Counted from the first letter of the stretch, positions 19,817-29,338 are shown. The stretch is 64,000 nucleotides of DNA from an uncultured Melioribacteraceae bacterium (GCA_964652025.1 CAZYZX010000006.1:83997-147996), one strand, 5' to 3'. Numbers and translations: made by a program. The notes: a model not told the origin generated them from the sequence alone.

Positions 19817-19845
19817 TTGACATTTTAATCACTTTACTTTATTTT
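19817..19845 (+). promoter_or_regulatory. Candidate sigma70-type promoter for the uppS-bamA-lpx... gene run
   Basis: TTGACA (19817-19822), a 17-nt spacer, then TATTTT (19840-19845), about 35 nt upstream of the uppS start. By eye only, in an AT-rich background. Confidence 0.35.
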
Positions 19846-19879
19846 GGTAAGTTAATTTTAAATTTTAAGAGAAAAAGTT

Positions 19880-20704
19880 TTGAAAAAGTATTTAACCGAA
19901 AAATCAATAGAAGAAATAGAAAAGGTTAAAGAAAAAGGGAATATTCCAACTCACATAGCCATAATAATGGATGGAAATGGGAGATGGGCTAAGCAGCGTG
20001 GATTACCTCGTGTTGCTGGTCATAAAAAGGGTGTAGAAGTAGTAAGAGAGATTGTTGAAACGTGTGCACAATTTGGTGTTCAATATCTTACCTTATATAC
20101 ATTTTCTACCGAAAATTGGAAAAGACCACAAGACGAAGTTACAACGTTAATGCGATTAATAGTTAGAAGCTTACATAGCGAAACTGATTCCTTACATGAA
20201 AATAATATAAGACTTACTGCTATTGGTGAATTAAATTTATTACCAAATATAGTGCAAAAAGAACTTAGAGAAAGTATAAAAAAAACAAGCAAAAATACAA
20301 GGATGACATTAAACCTTGCACTTAGTTATAGTGGAAGGACAGAATTAAAACAGGCAATAATAGATATTGCTAAAAGTGTAGAAGAAGGGAAATTAAAAAG
20401 TGAAGATATTAATGAAGAATTAATATCTAATTTTTTGTATACAAAAGATATGCCTGACCCAGACTTAATGATACGCAGTGGTGGGGAAATGAGGGTTAGT
20501 AATTTTTTGTTATGGCAAATTGCATATGCAGAAATATTTGTTACAAAAACATTATGGCCCGATTTTAATTATAAAAGTTTAATAGAAGCAATACAAGATT
20601 ATCAACTAAGAGAGCGAAGATTTGGACTTGTTAGTGAACAAATTTCAAAAAATAATAAGAACATTAATGCAAAAAAGAATATTTTACAAGCTACCGACAT
20701 TTAG
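19880..20704 (+). CDS. uppS: Undecaprenyl diphosphate synthase (ditrans,polycis)
   Basis: 274 aa with HIAIIMDGNGRWA, LTLYTFSTENWKRP, IRSGGEMRVSNFLLWQIAYAE and RERRFG. The start at 19880 is TTG. A ~25-aa C-terminal tail overlaps bamA. Confidence 0.9.
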   Translation: MKKYLTEKSIEEIEKVKEKGNIPTHIAIIMDGNGRWAKQRGLPRVAGHKKGVEVVREIVETCAQFGVQYLTLYTFSTENWKRPQDEVTTLMRLIVRSLHSETDSLHENNIRLTAIGELNLLPNIVQKELRESIKKTSKNTRMTLNLALSYSGRTELKQAIIDIAKSVEEGKLKSEDINEELISNFLYTKDMPDPDLMIRSGGEMRVSNFLLWQIAYAEIFVTKTLWPDFNYKSLIEAIQDYQLRERRFGLVSEQISKNNKNINAKKNILQATDI

Positions 20705-23162
20705 TTTTATATTGTTGTTATTTATATCAACAACGATTTTTTCTCAAGGGAGAGAACATTATCAAATTTTAGGTATCAGTGTAGAAGGGAACAAAAACAC
20801 AGATGCAGCTATAATTATTGCAAATAGTGGATTAAAGGTAAATGACGAAATTAACATACCCGGAGACGAAACTGTTAATGCCATAAAAAGATTATGGAAT
20901 TTAAACATTTTTTCTGATGTTTCGATTGAGGTTGCAAAACAAATAAATGACGGTGTGTTTCTTGTTATAAAAGTTACTGAATATCCGCGATTAGCTGATA
21001 AAGTATATATAGTAGGGAATGATGAGGTAGATGAGGATGAAATAAATGCTAAAATCAATTTAGTTAAAGGTCAAACTTTAAAGAAACAAGAAATTTTTAG
21101 AGTAAGAAAAAAAATATTAGACCTTTATGCTAAAGAAGGTTTTTTAAATGCTGAAGTAACCCCAGTACAATATAAGTTTTTAAAAGCCGATACGCTTAAA
21201 AAAGCAATAAAAGTAACTTGGGAAGATTTAACAAATAGCAAAAATACATTCGAAACTGATTACGAATATGACCAAAACAGCAAAACGGATGTTCTTGGTA
21301 AGATGAAAGAACGCATTTTGCTTGTTTATGATATAAATGAAGGTGAGGTTGTTAAAGTTAATGAAATAAGATTTGTTGGGAATAAAGCTTTTACAAGTAG
21401 TAAACTTAAAGGTGAATTTGAAGAGACCAACGAAGCAGTATGGTGGAAGTTTTGGCGCTCTGGCAAGTTTAATAAAGACGAATATAAAAAAGATAAAGAA
21501 CTGCTAGAAAAGTTTTACAAAAAGAATGGATTTAGGGATTTTGAAATTCTTAAAGATACTTTGATATTATTGCCAAACAAAAAGCGTGTTGATATAGAAA
21601 TTACAGTAAATGAGGGGCAACAATACAAAATTAAGGATATTATTTGGCAAGGAAATACAGTTTATTCTGATGAAGTTTTAACAGAAAGACTTGATATTGC
21701 CAAAGGTGATGTTTATGATTTTGAAAAATTTCAAAAGAACTTATATTTTAACGATAAACAAACAGACGTTTCTTCGTTGTATCAAGATAATGGCTATTTA
21801 GGATTTAATTTAGAACTTAAAGAAGAAAAGGTTGCAGCAGACTCGTTAAATATAATTATCAAAATTAATGAAAATAACAGGTTTAAGATAAATAAAGTAG
21901 AAATAACCGGAAATACAAAAACCATGGATAAAGTTATTAGACGTGAGCTTTTTGTACTACCGGGTGATTATTTTAGCAGAAATAATATTTTTAGAAGTAT
22001 ACAACAATTAGCCAATTTACAATATTTTAATGTTGAAAAATTATATCAAGAGGGAATTGATTACAGACCTACTTCTGATAGTACAGTTAATTTAATATTA
22101 AAGGTTGAAGAAAAATCCAGCGATTATTTAAATGCCTCTGTAGGATATAGTGGAAGTTATGGATTTAGTGGTGCATTAGGTGTTACATTAACCAACTTTT
22201 CTGCAGAAGCTCCATTTCAAATGGGTGCGGGTCAAATATTAAATTTTAATTGGCAATTTGGTGTTGGTAATTATTTTAGAACATTTACACTTGGTTTTAC
22301 TGAACCATGGTTTATGGATACACCAACGTTAGTTGGATTTGAGGTATTTGATACAAGGCAAAAATATATTTACGATTTAAGGCAATCGGGTGGTTCTATT
22401 AAAGTTGGTAGGCGGTTAACTTGGCCCGATAATTATTTTTATGTATTAGGTACATTTAAGTTCCAATATAATGATGTAATTGATGGGCGTGGTTACTATA
22501 ATGAAGGATTAACACGCCAATATACAGTAGGCTTAGGTATTTCTCGTTCGGATATTGATAACCCAATTTTCCCATCTAGAGGTTCTAAGTTTTCCTTAAA
22601 TGGTGAAGTTTCTGGCGGTTTATTACTACCAGGTGATGTAGATTACTATAAATTAGAATTTTCGACAGATTGGTACAGAAGGTTATTTAATACTAATCGT
22701 GTAACATTATATACAGGTATAGATTTAGGATACTTAAATGAAATAGTGCCTGGCACATCAATTCAACCATTTGAATTTTTCTTTATGGGTGGTAATGGAT
22801 TAATAATAGCCACAACCCCATTACGCGGATATGAAGATAGAACAGTAGGACCAATTAACTCTGACGGTAATATAATTGGTGGACGGTTAAAAGCAAAATA
22901 CACATTAGAATTACGTGGTGCATTAGCTTTAGAACCAATACCAATTTATTTATTAGCTTTTGCAGAGGCTGGTAATACATTTAAAAATGCTTCAGATTTT
23001 GATTTTTATGATTTAAAAAGATCTGTTGGCTTTGGTGCAAGATTATTGATAAATCCAATTGGCTTAATAGGGTTTGACTTTGGATATGGATTTGATAGAA
23101 AATCAGTTGACGGTCGAAATCCTGAGTGGTTATTCCACTTCCAATTTGGAAAAGGTTTTTAA
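20667..23162 (+). CDS. bamA: Outer membrane protein assembly factor BamA (Omp85)
   Basis: The ORF track starts at 20622. I prefer ATG 20667 (MQKRIFYKLPTFSFILLLFISTTIFSQ signal peptide). POTRA-like repeats are followed by a barrel carrying PLRGYEDRTVGP and ending FHFQFGKGF. Confidence 0.88.
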   Translation: MQKRIFYKLPTFSFILLLFISTTIFSQGREHYQILGISVEGNKNTDAAIIIANSGLKVNDEINIPGDETVNAIKRLWNLNIFSDVSIEVAKQINDGVFLVIKVTEYPRLADKVYIVGNDEVDEDEINAKINLVKGQTLKKQEIFRVRKKILDLYAKEGFLNAEVTPVQYKFLKADTLKKAIKVTWEDLTNSKNTFETDYEYDQNSKTDVLGKMKERILLVYDINEGEVVKVNEIRFVGNKAFTSSKLKGEFEETNEAVWWKFWRSGKFNKDEYKKDKELLEKFYKKNGFRDFEILKDTLILLPNKKRVDIEITVNEGQQYKIKDIIWQGNTVYSDEVLTERLDIAKGDVYDFEKFQKNLYFNDKQTDVSSLYQDNGYLGFNLELKEEKVAADSLNIIIKINENNRFKINKVEITGNTKTMDKVIRRELFVLPGDYFSRNNIFRSIQQLANLQYFNVEKLYQEGIDYRPTSDSTVNLILKVEEKSSDYLNASVGYSGSYGFSGALGVTLTNFSAEAPFQMGAGQILNFNWQFGVGNYFRTFTLGFTEPWFMDTPTLVGFEVFDTRQKYIYDLRQSGGSIKVGRRLTWPDNYFYVLGTFKFQYNDVIDGRGYYNEGLTRQYTVGLGISRSDIDNPIFPSRGSKFSLNGEVSGGLLLPGDVDYYKLEFSTDWYRRLFNTNRVTLYTGIDLGYLNEIVPGTSIQPFEFFFMGGNGLIIATTPLRGYEDRTVGPINSDGNIIGGRLKAKYTLELRGALALEPIPIYLLAFAEAGNTFKNASDFDFYDLKRSVGFGARLLINPIGLIGFDFGYGFDRKSVDGRNPEWLFHFQFGKGF

Positions 23163-23193
23163 TAAATTATATAATAAATTAAGTGAGGTAAAT

Positions 23194-23730
23194 GTGAAAA
23201 AACTATTAATAGTAATGTTCTTTTTAGTGTCTGTTTCTATGTTATTTGCTCAAACAACAGAAACAGTTAAAGTTCAAAAAACAGGGTACGTAGATACTGA
23301 TGCAATCTTAGCACAATATTCATTAGCTATTAAGGCAAAAAGTGATTTAGAAGCTATTGCTTCCGCATATAGAAAAGCTTTAGATAGTATGTATGTTTCA
23401 TTACAAAATGATTATAGTGATATTCAGAAAAAATTAAATACAATGAAAGATGCTCAAAAACAAGAAGCACAACAAAAATTAATTCAAAAAGAACAAGATA
23501 TAAGAAATTTTCAAGAAGCTAAGTTTGGTAATAATGGAGAAATAGCAAAAAAGCAAGAAGAACTTTTTGCGCCAATAAATCAAAAGATTCGTGAGGCAAT
23601 AGAAAAAGTTGCAAAAGATTTAGGTTACACTTTTGTATTTAATAAAGCTGGTGAAGTAATTTTATTATATGGTGAACCAGAATATGATATTACCTTTAAG
23701 GTGCTTGATGTTTTAAAGACTATGAAATAA
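23194..23730 (+). CDS. skp: OmpH/Skp family periplasmic chaperone (copy 1)
   Basis: The ORF track starts at 23074, inside bamA. I prefer the in-frame GTG at 23194 (VKKLLIVMFFLVSVSMLFAQ) with GAGGT at 23185-23189. The protein is coiled-coil rich and K/Q/E rich. Confidence 0.8.
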   Translation: MKKLLIVMFFLVSVSMLFAQTTETVKVQKTGYVDTDAILAQYSLAIKAKSDLEAIASAYRKALDSMYVSLQNDYSDIQKKLNTMKDAQKQEAQQKLIQKEQDIRNFQEAKFGNNGEIAKKQEELFAPINQKIREAIEKVAKDLGYTFVFNKAGEVILLYGEPEYDITFKVLDVLKTMK

Positions 23731-23740
23731 AAGGTAAAAG

Positions 23741-24250
23741 ATGAAAATAAAAATCATATTAACTTTTTTAATTTTATTTGTTGCAATTTCTGCAAATGGA
23801 CAGCTTAAAATTGGATTTGTGGATAGTGATACAATTTTAAAGAAGATGCCCGATGCTGTTGATGCAAAAACAAAATTGGATGCAACAATAGCAGAATGGA
23901 ACGAAGAGTTGAGAAAGCTTGAGCAACAATTAAAAGATAAAAAAGAGGATTTTGAAAAAAGAAAATTAATAATGAGTGAACAAACCCGAACAGATTACGA
24001 AAAAGAGATAATAAATTTAGATAAGCAAATTGTAGAATATAAACAGAAAAAATTTGGAGTAAATGGCGAGCTTTTTAAGAAACAAGAAGAGTTGATGAAA
24101 CCTGTTCAAAATAGAATTTTTAATGCAATTCAAGAAGTTGCAAAAGAAAAAGAGCTAGATCTTATTTTTGATAGAAGTGGGGATATTATTTTTCTTTTTG
24201 CAAAACCCGAATATGATTTAACCAATATAGTTTTAGAAAAATTAAAATAA
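23741..24250 (+). CDS. skp: OmpH/Skp family periplasmic chaperone (copy 2, tandem paralog)
   Basis: 169 aa with a signal peptide. The C-terminal half aligns with copy 1 (KFG.NGE..KKQEEL..P...I..AI..VAK...FD/N..G..I.L...PEYD.T..VL..LK). Confidence 0.85.
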   Translation: MKIKIILTFLILFVAISANGQLKIGFVDSDTILKKMPDAVDAKTKLDATIAEWNEELRKLEQQLKDKKEDFEKRKLIMSEQTRTDYEKEIINLDKQIVEYKQKKFGVNGELFKKQEELMKPVQNRIFNAIQEVAKEKELDLIFDRSGDIIFLFAKPEYDLTNIVLEKLK

Positions 24251-24257
24251 AATAAAT

Positions 24258-25316
24258 ATGGAAATTACGTTAAAAGAAGCCGCCTTGTTAACAGGCGGCG
24301 TTTTATTTGGTAACGAAGAGGAAACTTTTTGTAATGTTGCTAAATTAGAAGAAGCAACCGAAAAAGATATCTCGTTTTTATACTTACCCCAGTATGAAAA
24401 ATATTTATCTACAACAAAAGCAAAAGTTATTTTAGTTAAGCCAGATTTGGAAAGAAAAAGAGAAGATTTAAATTATATTGTTGTTCCAAATCCTAATTTA
24501 GCTTTAAATTTAATTATCAATACATATTTTAAGCCCGAATTTAATTTAAGTGGTATTGATAAAACTGCTTATTGTGGCAATGATGTAATTCTTGGAGAAA
24601 ATGTTGCACTTGGCAAAAATGTTGTAGTTGAGAGTGGCGCAAAAATTGGTAAAAATAGTAAGATTTATCATAACACAGTTATAATGGCAAATGTAATAAT
24701 AGGGAGTGATTGTTTAATTTTTCCAAATGTTACAATTAGAGAAAATTGTGTAATTGGAGATAGAGTAATAATCCATAGTGGAACAGTAATAGGTTCTGAT
24801 GGTTTTGGTTACTCTCAAGATACGGATGGGAATTATATAAAAATTCCACAAATAGGTAATGTGGTAATAGAAGATGATGTTGAAATAGGGAGCAATGTAT
24901 CTGTAGATAGAGCTGCATTTGGTTCAACTAAAATAAAAAAGGGGTGCAAAATAGATAATTTAGTGCAAATTGCACATAACGTTGTGGTTGGAGAAAACAC
25001 AGTTATGTCTGCACAAACAGGTATAGCGGGCAGCACAAAAATTGGTAAAAATTGTGTTTTTGCAGGCCAAGTTGGTATAGTAGGGCACAGTGAGATTACA
25101 GATAATGTGTTTGTAGGTGCACAAAGTGGTGTGTCTAAATCCATAACTAAACCGGGTACATATTTTGGTTCACCGGCAAAAGAAATAAAGACCACGTTAA
25201 AGTTAGAATCTCACATAAGAAATTTACCGGGATATGCTGATAGAATAAAACAGCTTGAAAATAAAATTACGGAACTGGAAAATAAAATAAATTTAAACAA
25301 AAAAACGGAGAATTAA
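24258..25316 (+). CDS. lpxD: UDP-3-O-acylglucosamine N-acyltransferase
   Basis: 352 aa with left-handed beta-helix hexapeptide repeats, GSDGFGY and VQIAHNVVVGENT. It sits in the conserved position after skp. Confidence 0.9.
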   Translation: MEITLKEAALLTGGVLFGNEEETFCNVAKLEEATEKDISFLYLPQYEKYLSTTKAKVILVKPDLERKREDLNYIVVPNPNLALNLIINTYFKPEFNLSGIDKTAYCGNDVILGENVALGKNVVVESGAKIGKNSKIYHNTVIMANVIIGSDCLIFPNVTIRENCVIGDRVIIHSGTVIGSDGFGYSQDTDGNYIKIPQIGNVVIEDDVEIGSNVSVDRAAFGSTKIKKGCKIDNLVQIAHNVVVGENTVMSAQTGIAGSTKIGKNCVFAGQVGIVGHSEITDNVFVGAQSGVSKSITKPGTYFGSPAKEIKTTLKLESHIRNLPGYADRIKQLENKITELENKINLNKKTEN

Positions 25317-25319
25317 TAG

Positions 25320-26726
25320 ATGTTAGAAATGCAGCGTACTATTGCTAAAGAAGTTACACTATCTGGATATGGCTTACATACTGGTACAAGTTGCACAATG
25401 AAATTTAAGCCTGCACCAGTAAACTATGGCGTTAGATTTTTACGTGTGGATTTAGGTGGTACTGTAGAAATTCCAGCAAATGCAGATTATGTTGTAGATA
25501 TTTCTCGCGGAACAACCTTAGGAATAGCAGATGTAAGAGTGCATACTGTAGAGCATGTGCTTGCTGCAGTGCACGGTTTACAAATAGATAATTTAATAAT
25601 TGAAATGGATGGAATTGAGCCGCCAATTGGTGATGGAAGTGCATTACCATTTGTAAAAAAACTACAAGAAGCTGGTTTTGTAGAACAAAATGCACCAAAA
25701 GATTATATTATAATTGATGATACTGTAATGTATCACGATGAAGAAAATCATGTAGATATTGTTGCATTACCATTAGATGGATATAGATTAACGGTAATGG
25801 TGGATTACCAAAATCCAGCTTTAGGAAGCCAGCATAGCGGGTTATTTAGTTTAGATGAATTTGTAACAGAATTTGCTCCTGCTAGAACATTCTGCTTTTT
25901 AAGTGAAGTTGAAAAACTTGCTGATGCGGGATTAATAAAAGGGGGTAACTTAGATAATGCCGTAGTGATAGTAGACCGTGACGTTAAACAAGCTGAATTA
26001 GAAGAATTAAGAAAAAAGCTTGGTTTAGTTGGAGAAATGACAGTTGGTGCTACAGGTTATTTAAATGATAAAACTATAAGATTTAAGAATGAACCTGTTA
26101 GACACAAATTATTGGATTTGATGGGAGATTTGGCATTAATAGGATACCCAATTAAAGCACAAATTTTAGCTGCAAGGCCGGGTCATAAATCTAATGTAGA
26201 ATTTGCAAAAAAAATCCGTAAGTTATTCCAGCAAAAGAAGTTAGAGAAAAAATATCAACACGTAAAAAAAGAAGGCGTTGTATTTGATACAGTAGCAATT
26301 CAAAAAATATTGCCACATAGATATCCATTTTTGTTAGTTGATAAAATTATACACTTAGAGCTTGATAAAAAGATTGTTGGTGTAAAATCTGTTACAATGA
26401 ATGAACTCTTTTTCCAAGGTCACTTTCCAGGAAGGCCAATAATGCCAGGTGTGTTAATTGTAGAGGCGTTAGCACAAACGGGAGGCATATTATTGCTAAA
26501 TGCTATTCCAGAGCCGGAGAAAAAACTTGTATTATTTATGAAAATTAGTGATGTTAAATTTAGAAAACAAGTAGTACCAGGTGACCAATTAATTTTAGAA
26601 GCTGAATTAGTTTCTAAAAGAATGAATACGGTAACCATAAAAGGTAAAGCCTATGTTGATAATAATTTAGTAACAGAAGCTGAATTAATGGCAGCAATTG
26701 TAGATAGAGAAGAAACTACTAAATAG
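25320..26726 (+). CDS. lpxC-fabZ: Bifunctional UDP-3-O-acyl-N-acetylglucosamine deacetylase / 3-hydroxyacyl-ACP dehydratase (LpxC-FabZ fusion)
   Basis: 468 aa. The LpxC half has GYGLHTG, HTVEHVLAA and RHKLLDLMGDLAL. The FabZ half has LPHRYPFLLVDKI and FFQGHFPGRPIMPGVLIVEALAQ. Confidence 0.9.
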   Translation: MLEMQRTIAKEVTLSGYGLHTGTSCTMKFKPAPVNYGVRFLRVDLGGTVEIPANADYVVDISRGTTLGIADVRVHTVEHVLAAVHGLQIDNLIIEMDGIEPPIGDGSALPFVKKLQEAGFVEQNAPKDYIIIDDTVMYHDEENHVDIVALPLDGYRLTVMVDYQNPALGSQHSGLFSLDEFVTEFAPARTFCFLSEVEKLADAGLIKGGNLDNAVVIVDRDVKQAELEELRKKLGLVGEMTVGATGYLNDKTIRFKNEPVRHKLLDLMGDLALIGYPIKAQILAARPGHKSNVEFAKKIRKLFQQKKLEKKYQHVKKEGVVFDTVAIQKILPHRYPFLLVDKIIHLELDKKIVGVKSVTMNELFFQGHFPGRPIMPGVLIVEALAQTGGILLLNAIPEPEKKLVLFMKISDVKFRKQVVPGDQLILEAELVSKRMNTVTIKGKAYVDNNLVTEAELMAAIVDREETTK

Positions 26727-26737
26727 GTGATAAAAAT

Positions 26738-27514
26738 ATGACAAAAATCCATCCTACCGCAATTGTTCACCCTGATGCTAAATTAGGGGAAGATGTTGAA
26801 ATAGGACCTTATGCAATAGTAGAAGGCGATGTAGAAATTGGAGACGGAACAATAATTAGTAGCCATGCATGCATTTATAATGGTGCGCGCATAGGTAAAA
26901 ATGTAAAAATTTTTCAAGCTGCATCAATAGCAAATGTGCCACAAGATTTAAAGTATAATAACGAAAAAACCTATTTTTATATAGACGATAATACGGTAAT
27001 AAGAGAATATGTTACATGCCACAGAGGAACAGCCGAGACGGGATTTTCTAAAATTGGGAAAAACTGTTTACTTATGGCTTATAGCCATGTTGCGCACGAT
27101 ACAACTGTTGGAGATAATTGTATATTAGCAAATGCAGTTCAGTTAGCAGGGCATGTTACTATTGAAGATTGGGTAATTATAGGTGGAGTTACACCGGTGC
27201 ACCAATTTTGCAAAATTGGCAAACATGCTATGATTGGAGGAGGTTTCCGTGTTACTGTAGATATTCCTCCTTTTGTAATGGCAGCAGGAGAGCCAATTAA
27301 ATATAATGGACTTAATTTAATTGGATTAAAGAGACGCGGATTTTCTGCAGAGAAAATTCAAGACATTAAAAATGTTTATTATATCATGTATTTATCCAAG
27401 CTAAGCTATTCTCAAGCAAAACTTAAGGTAAAGGAAGAATTAGGGGATAATTGGGCAGCCAAAGAAATATTATCGTTTTTTGAAAATAGCACAAGAGCAG
27501 GATTTAGAGCATGA
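26738..27514 (+). CDS. lpxA: Acyl-ACP--UDP-N-acetylglucosamine O-acyltransferase
   Basis: 258 aa with IHPTAIVHPDAKLGEDVEIGPYAIV hexapeptide repeats and HVAHD. The C-terminal helical domain has GLNLIGLKRRGF. Confidence 0.9.
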   Translation: MTKIHPTAIVHPDAKLGEDVEIGPYAIVEGDVEIGDGTIISSHACIYNGARIGKNVKIFQAASIANVPQDLKYNNEKTYFYIDDNTVIREYVTCHRGTAETGFSKIGKNCLLMAYSHVAHDTTVGDNCILANAVQLAGHVTIEDWVIIGGVTPVHQFCKIGKHAMIGGGFRVTVDIPPFVMAAGEPIKYNGLNLIGLKRRGFSAEKIQDIKNVYYIMYLSKLSYSQAKLKVKEELGDNWAAKEILSFFENSTRAGFRA

Positions 27515-28236
27515 AATGGAATTTTATAAATACCGGTGAAAACACCGGTGTTTATAATATGAATTATGATTTAAGTTTAGTAGAAAACTGTAAATCTGAT
27601 GAGGCATATTTTAGAATTTACAGATGGCTTCCTTATTGCATTTCTTTAGGTTACAGTCAAAATATAGAAGAAATAAATAAACACAAAGCAAAAGAAGATA
27701 ATATTGATATTGTTAGGCGCCCAACCGGAGGCAGGGCAATTTTACATGCTGAAGAAATAACTTACAGTGTTGTTATTCCAATATCAGAAAATTTTACTGC
27801 TCGCTCTGTGTATTCTAAAGTATCTAAGGCATTAATTAAAGGTTTAATTAAATATAATCCTGTTTTTGTTGATGCAGAACTAGAAAATGTTCAACCTAAT
27901 TTTTCTAACCTTTATAAAAAGCCAGAAGGGATGGTTTGTTTTGCAAGCACTGCTAAAAGTGAAGTTAAATTTAAGGGGAAAAAAATTATAGGTAGCGCTC
28001 AAAGGAAAATGGGGAATTATTTGTTACAGCATGGCTCTATTTTATGTGGTAGTTATCATCGTAATTTAATAGATTACTTAAATAACTTAACAGAGTATAA
28101 TTATAAGCAAATTAAAAATGAATTTTTTTCTAGAACTACAGAAATTGAAACTGTAACCAATGAAAAAACAAATTATGATTATTTAACTACCTGCTTGGTT
28201 AAAGGTTTTGAAGAAGAATGGGAAATTAAATTTTAA
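27511..28236 (+). CDS. Lipoate/octanoyl protein ligase-transferase family protein (BPL_LplA_LipB catalytic domain only; LipM/LplA-like)
   Basis: 241 aa with VRRPTGGRAILHAEEITYSVV and KFKGKKIIGSAQRK (conserved Lys-x-x-GSAQ). ATGA overlap with the lpxA stop. Confidence 0.75.
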   Translation: MKWNFINTGENTGVYNMNYDLSLVENCKSDEAYFRIYRWLPYCISLGYSQNIEEINKHKAKEDNIDIVRRPTGGRAILHAEEITYSVVIPISENFTARSVYSKVSKALIKGLIKYNPVFVDAELENVQPNFSNLYKKPEGMVCFASTAKSEVKFKGKKIIGSAQRKMGNYLLQHGSILCGSYHRNLIDYLNNLTEYNYKQIKNEFFSRTTEIETVTNEKTNYDYLTTCLVKGFEEEWEIKF

Positions 28237-28258
28237 ATTACAAACTTTTGCTACTAAA

Positions 28259-29338
28259 ATGATAAAATTTTTATACATTATATTGATTTGTGTTTTATCT
28301 GTTACAGATATTTTTGGTAATTTACCCGTTGATATAAAGAAATATATTAATGGGGCAGTTATAAATGCAATTGCAAAAAATAAGACTGATTTGTGGATTG
28401 CAACTGAAGGAAGTGGACTTTATAAATATTCTTTAGAAAAAGACGAGTGGGAACACTTTTCTACATCTGAGGGGAATTTAGCATACGATTTTTTCTTTAG
28501 CATAGAGGCAACAGATGAATTTGTTTTTGCTGGTTCATCTGATGGTTTATTCATTTATGATATAAAAAGAAATCAATGGACAAGAAGAAAATTTGGTGTT
28601 GGTGGCCAATTAAGCAACTGGATTAGAGATATTACTTACGATAGATATAATAACGTTATTTGGATTGGTCGATTTATGTATCTTACTAAGTATGAAATTG
28701 CATCTAGAAAGTTTACAGATTATGATTTAACAGTTGATAATGTAGCTAAAACTAACTCTATTAAAGCAATAAGTGTAGAAGATAAAAACACAGTATGGTT
28801 TGGCACCGAAGCCGGTTTATTTAGATATAATAAAAATTTAGATTTAAAGAGTGAAGGTGCGTTACAGTTTTTTGATAATAGATTGAATTATTTTAATGGA
28901 CGTGGTGAGGAAGTATCTGTAGCAAAAATTTTAACTGAAAGAAATTTTGTTTGGATAGGCTTAGATGAATTTATTACTCCCGATAGACCAAATTTTAATT
29001 TGGGTGGGCTTTTTAGGTATGACCAACGCAATAGTTGGCTAAGATTTGATACCGAGACCGGATTAAGGGGTAATGGAGTATCTGCATTAGCAAGAACCGG
29101 TAACTTTATATGGGTAGCATTATATCAGTTTAGTAAAGATAATAAAGAGCAATATGGTAGAGGTGTTGCACTAATTAATAGGTTAGATAATAAAATAATT
29201 ACAATATCAGAAGAACAGATACCAGCTAACGTAACAAGTTTTTGCTTTGATGGACAAAATATGTGGATTGGAACAAAAAGCGGATTATATAAAATATTAA
29301 TTACAAATGAATTATCAAACTGGAGATTAAAAAAATAA
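28259..29338 (+). CDS. Membrane-anchored or secreted beta-propeller protein with two-component-regulator-propeller (Reg_prop)-like repeats and no output domain
   Basis: The ORF track starts at 28208. I prefer ATG 28259 (MIKFLYIILICVLSVTDIFG). Repeats are WIATEGSGLYKY, SSDGLFIYD, WFGTEAGLFRYN, GGLFRYD and WIGTKSGLYK. Confidence 0.65.
   Translation: MIKFLYIILICVLSVTDIFGNLPVDIKKYINGAVINAIAKNKTDLWIATEGSGLYKYSLEKDEWEHFSTSEGNLAYDFFFSIEATDEFVFAGSSDGLFIYDIKRNQWTRRKFGVGGQLSNWIRDITYDRYNNVIWIGRFMYLTKYEIASRKFTDYDLTVDNVAKTNSIKAISVEDKNTVWFGTEAGLFRYNKNLDLKSEGALQFFDNRLNYFNGRGEEVSVAKILTERNFVWIGLDEFITPDRPNFNLGGLFRYDQRNSWLRFDTETGLRGNGVSALARTGNFIWVALYQFSKDNKEQYGRGVALINRLDNKIITISEEQIPANVTSFCFDGQNMWIGTKSGLYKILITNELSNWRLKK

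Noticed and set aside
20622-20666. N-terminal extensions of track ORFs (bamA from 20622, skp from 23074, propeller from 28208, lipB from 59395, FG-GAP protein to 4285, Omp85-like from 37371)
   Set aside because: The extensions overlap the preceding gene or precede an obvious signal peptide. Downstream in-frame starts with an SD, or a proper signal peptide n-region, fit better.
24833-25195. 120-aa antisense ORF in lpxD. Similar shadow ORFs are in the track at 3726-4001, 4065-4307, 4737-4970, 10123-10392, 10497-10733, 14919-15116, 18452-18634, 20080-20292, 20762-21058, 24736-24927, 25432-25698, 26420-26638, 29125-29343, 32374-32601, 33574-33783, 36363-36858, 41174-41659, 45841-46062, 46411-46716, 47211-47637, 48270-48572, 49073-49270, 50429-50740, 51280-51495, 52002-52226, 57393-57602, 58244-58585, 59096-59464, 60162-60389, 61933-62133, 62227-62496, 62720-62920, 63032-63277 and 63322-63540
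   Set aside because: Each is nested opposite a longer ORF with clear family motifs. All are short, of biased composition, and lack any recognisable domain. I treat them as frame shadows.
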